Made by a program: the position numbers and the translations under genes. From positions 30,884 through 94,883 of the forward strand of contig JAUCBJ010001848.1 in the NCBI GenBank assembly GCA_032718475.1: a DNA stretch of 64,000 nt, written 5' to 3'. The DNA comes from Nemertoderma westbladi. Its lineage: Eukaryota; Animalia; Xenacoelomorpha. This document shows, piece after piece, positions 61,789 through 64,000 of the stretch. Position 1 is the stretch's first letter. Each line of letters begins with the position of its first letter. The notes beneath the pieces are model-generated. The model had not been told where the DNA came from. It searched no databases and saw only the letters and a program-made list of their open reading frames with translations.

Positions 61789-63252
61789 CTACCACTGATA
61801 GTGAGCGCCCTCTAGAGGGTAGTCTGGGTCTGTTAAATCCGCTGCTATAACCTGCGCGCCCATATCGGCAATGCATGATTTATTCCCAATGTAGTCTCCT
61901 TTGTAGAAAAGATCTATTGGGACGAGGGGTCTGTAGTGAGCAGCTGTATATCCGTGTATGTCGGCGATTAGAATAGCGCCGGTGGACTGTGGAGGTTTCG
62001 AATATGTTTTACCAAGACATTTCGACGCAAAATGTCCCTGTTTTCCGCAGTGGTTGCATTTTTTATCGGCCGCCTTGCATGGTTGGTCTGTGGTGTGGGG
62101 CCAATTTCCACCGCAATTAATACATTTACCCTGAGATTTACAACGTTTGACAGCGTCACGGGCACTGGAAGAAGGTGTTTGTGAACGTTGTTGGGATTTA
62201 CTGTCCTTATCGCGTTTGTAGCGAGTTTTTGATTTTTGCGGATAACGTCCCTGTTGTTGGGTTGGTTGTGAAGTGGTGGAATGTTGAACCGCGTTTACTC
62301 GATGTTTCAGACGCTGGCCTTCCCTAGCAGCCATCTCCCGGTTACGGCAGAAATCCACAGTAGCGGCTCGGGAAAATAATGGTCGTTTACCGAAGAGTTC
62401 TTCCCGAGTTTCGTCATCCCGTATACCGCAGACAATAAGGGTTGTTAACCAATCGTCTTTGGACATTGACTCTATTTGTGCGTCGTCTGCCATCTCACAG
62501 AGTTTAATGTAAAAGTCGTCAAATTCCTGGCCATCGACTTGTTTCTGCCGTACGAGTTCGTAGCGATCGACGGCAATGTTTTGATCCGCGCGTAGATAAG
62601 TGCGGATCTCGCCCAAGACTTCATGCATTTCCAAGGATGTATCTTGGTCGATTTCGAGTGTGTACTGTATCCGGTTTAGAAAATCCGGACTGCAGTATGA
62701 GAACAGTGTAGCAATCTTGTCAACCCTGGGTTTCTCGTCGAGTTTGGTGACCCTTGAGTAATTTAACCACGCAGATTCCCAGCGTTTAAACGATTTAAAC
62801 CGGATCCCCACGTCCAGGATTTGAGGGGGTCGCACAGTTAGTCTAGCGGTGTTTCCACTATCGGCGGTACCGGTACCGGTATCACGATCATGTAATCGAG
62901 GCGGTGTTGAAATGGTTTGCTGGTCCCGGGTTGCCGACTGTTGTTCCATGAATCGCATAAAACGTTCTTCTCGGCGTTCCTCGTCCTCGCGTCTTTGTGC
63001 ATCGAGTTGTGCGAGTAACCGGCCCAGGTCGTAGGTAGAACCCTGGGTGGAACCCGATGTAGTTGCATCGTCTGTGTCCGTATCTCCGGACAGAGACAGC
63101 GATTTAATTAACCGTTTGCGTAGTACGACCGTGGCAGTTTTCGAATCATACTCCACGTCTGCGTTGTTGCAGTGTTCAATTAAAGTTGCCCTGGCGAGGC
63201 TGTTGATTATCTCCTCGGACAGATTGTAGGTATCCTCCGGGGAGATAGACAT
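61789..63252 (-). CDS. gag: Gag with CCHC knuckles plus N-terminal protease (ADMGA), frameshifted from pol
   Basis: CINCGGNWPH...C, CNHCGKQGHFASKC, CIADMGAQ. Confidence 0.88.
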   Translation of the reverse strand: MSISPEDTYNLSEEIINSLARATLIEHCNNADVEYDSKTATVVLRKRLIKSLSLSGDTDTDDATTSGSTQGSTYDLGRLLAQLDAQRREDEERREERFMRFMEQQSATRDQQTISTPPRLHDRDTGTGTADSGNTARLTVRPPQILDVGIRFKSFKRWESAWLNYSRVTKLDEKPRVDKIATLFSYCSPDFLNRIQYTLEIDQDTSLEMHEVLGEIRTYLRADQNIAVDRYELVRQKQVDGQEFDDFYIKLCEMADDAQIESMSKDDWLTTLIVCGIRDDETREELFGKRPLFSRAATVDFCRNREMAAREGQRLKHRVNAVQHSTTSQPTQQQGRYPQKSKTRYKRDKDSKSQQRSQTPSSSARDAVKRCKSQGKCINCGGNWPHTTDQPCKAADKKCNHCGKQGHFASKCLGKTYSKPPQSTGAILIADIHGYTAAHYRPLVPIDLFYKGDYIGNKSCIADMGAQVIAADLTDPDYPLEGAHYQW

Positions 63253-64000
63253 GTTGCCCAATGTTGACCTTGAATGTATGTGGCAACACAGCCAATAATC
63301 AAAGTATAAACGCAAATACAGCAATTAGCAGATTAGTATATCCAGTACGGCAGTACGGTTCAGTAGTACAGCAGTACAGGCAGACAGGTATTCCAGTATT
63401 CGCCGCGGTGTAGCCGTTGTTGTATGGGGTTTTTTATATTAAAAGCCCCGTTTTTTATGTTGCAGTGTTATCAGTTATTGTAAGTTACGTAGGTCATTAG
63501 CAAAGCCCATGTAGGGTGGTCAAAGCTAATAGACACAACTGCGCCATCTTATGTCTCTGTGTCATGAGAAAGTGTCAGTATGTAATAATGAACACAGGAC
63601 GTATATTCTATCAGCTCGGAAGTCTGAGTGTATGATCTATATAATATCTGCCCGACCGGTATGGTATGTATGTATATCTATATGTATAATGGACTTAGGT
63701 CCTTACACCTTTGTACGGTAATAATAGTCATAAGTATATTCACATCAGTTTATTTACGAAATAATGTCAATCTTTTTTGTCTGATTTTTAGATCCTGTTG
63801 CTATGGAGACGGCATTCAAGTTTAGTGTTGCGATTTCAAACACCTTTAATTATACAATTAGTTACAAAATATGCACCTAAGTTAGTTAAAATATGTTTAT
63901 TTTATTAGCATGGCCTTTCTGTAACTTTAGACAAGGTTAAGAATCTAAATTGGGCTGATATTTATGTCCTAACCTGACATGTGGGAGTGTTAACATAATT

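Larger units (their letters stand above)
58375..63747 (-). mobile_element. Ty3/Gypsy (Mag-like) LTR retrotransposon, 5373 bp
   Basis: 201-bp LTRs at 58375-58575 and 63547-63747 that appear identical; TSD GTTTA; PBS TGGCGCAG; purine-rich PPT adjacent to the 3' LTR. Confidence 0.97.

Overview
Eukaryotic (invertebrate-like metazoan) genomic DNA made mostly of transposable elements. The left 26 kb holds three BEL/Pao LTR retrotransposons: BEL1 on the - strand (<1-11740), inserted into BEL2 on the + strand (11741-~18935), and a decayed BEL3 relic (~24170-26049). Each carries an extra gene downstream of pol, in the env position, that encodes a WRN/EXD-like DnaQ 3'-5' exonuclease. In BEL2 this gene is fused to CCHC knuckles. 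BEL1 and BEL2 also show a splice acceptor just before that gene and repeated hairpin motifs. The BEL1 copy runs off the window edge and is missing from the ORF track. Further right are a 3.9-kb intact Gypsy with a -1 frameshift signal, a Penelope element with an inverted pLTR and a minimal hammerhead, and a tRNA-head plus hammerhead unit. There are also several TIR MITEs (piggyBac-, MULE-, Harbinger- and Academ-like), RTE and L2 LINE relics, and a young 5.4-kb Gypsy with identical LTRs. Three exons of a host EGF + F-type lectin gene lie on the - strand. All calls come from reading motifs by eye; no searches were run.
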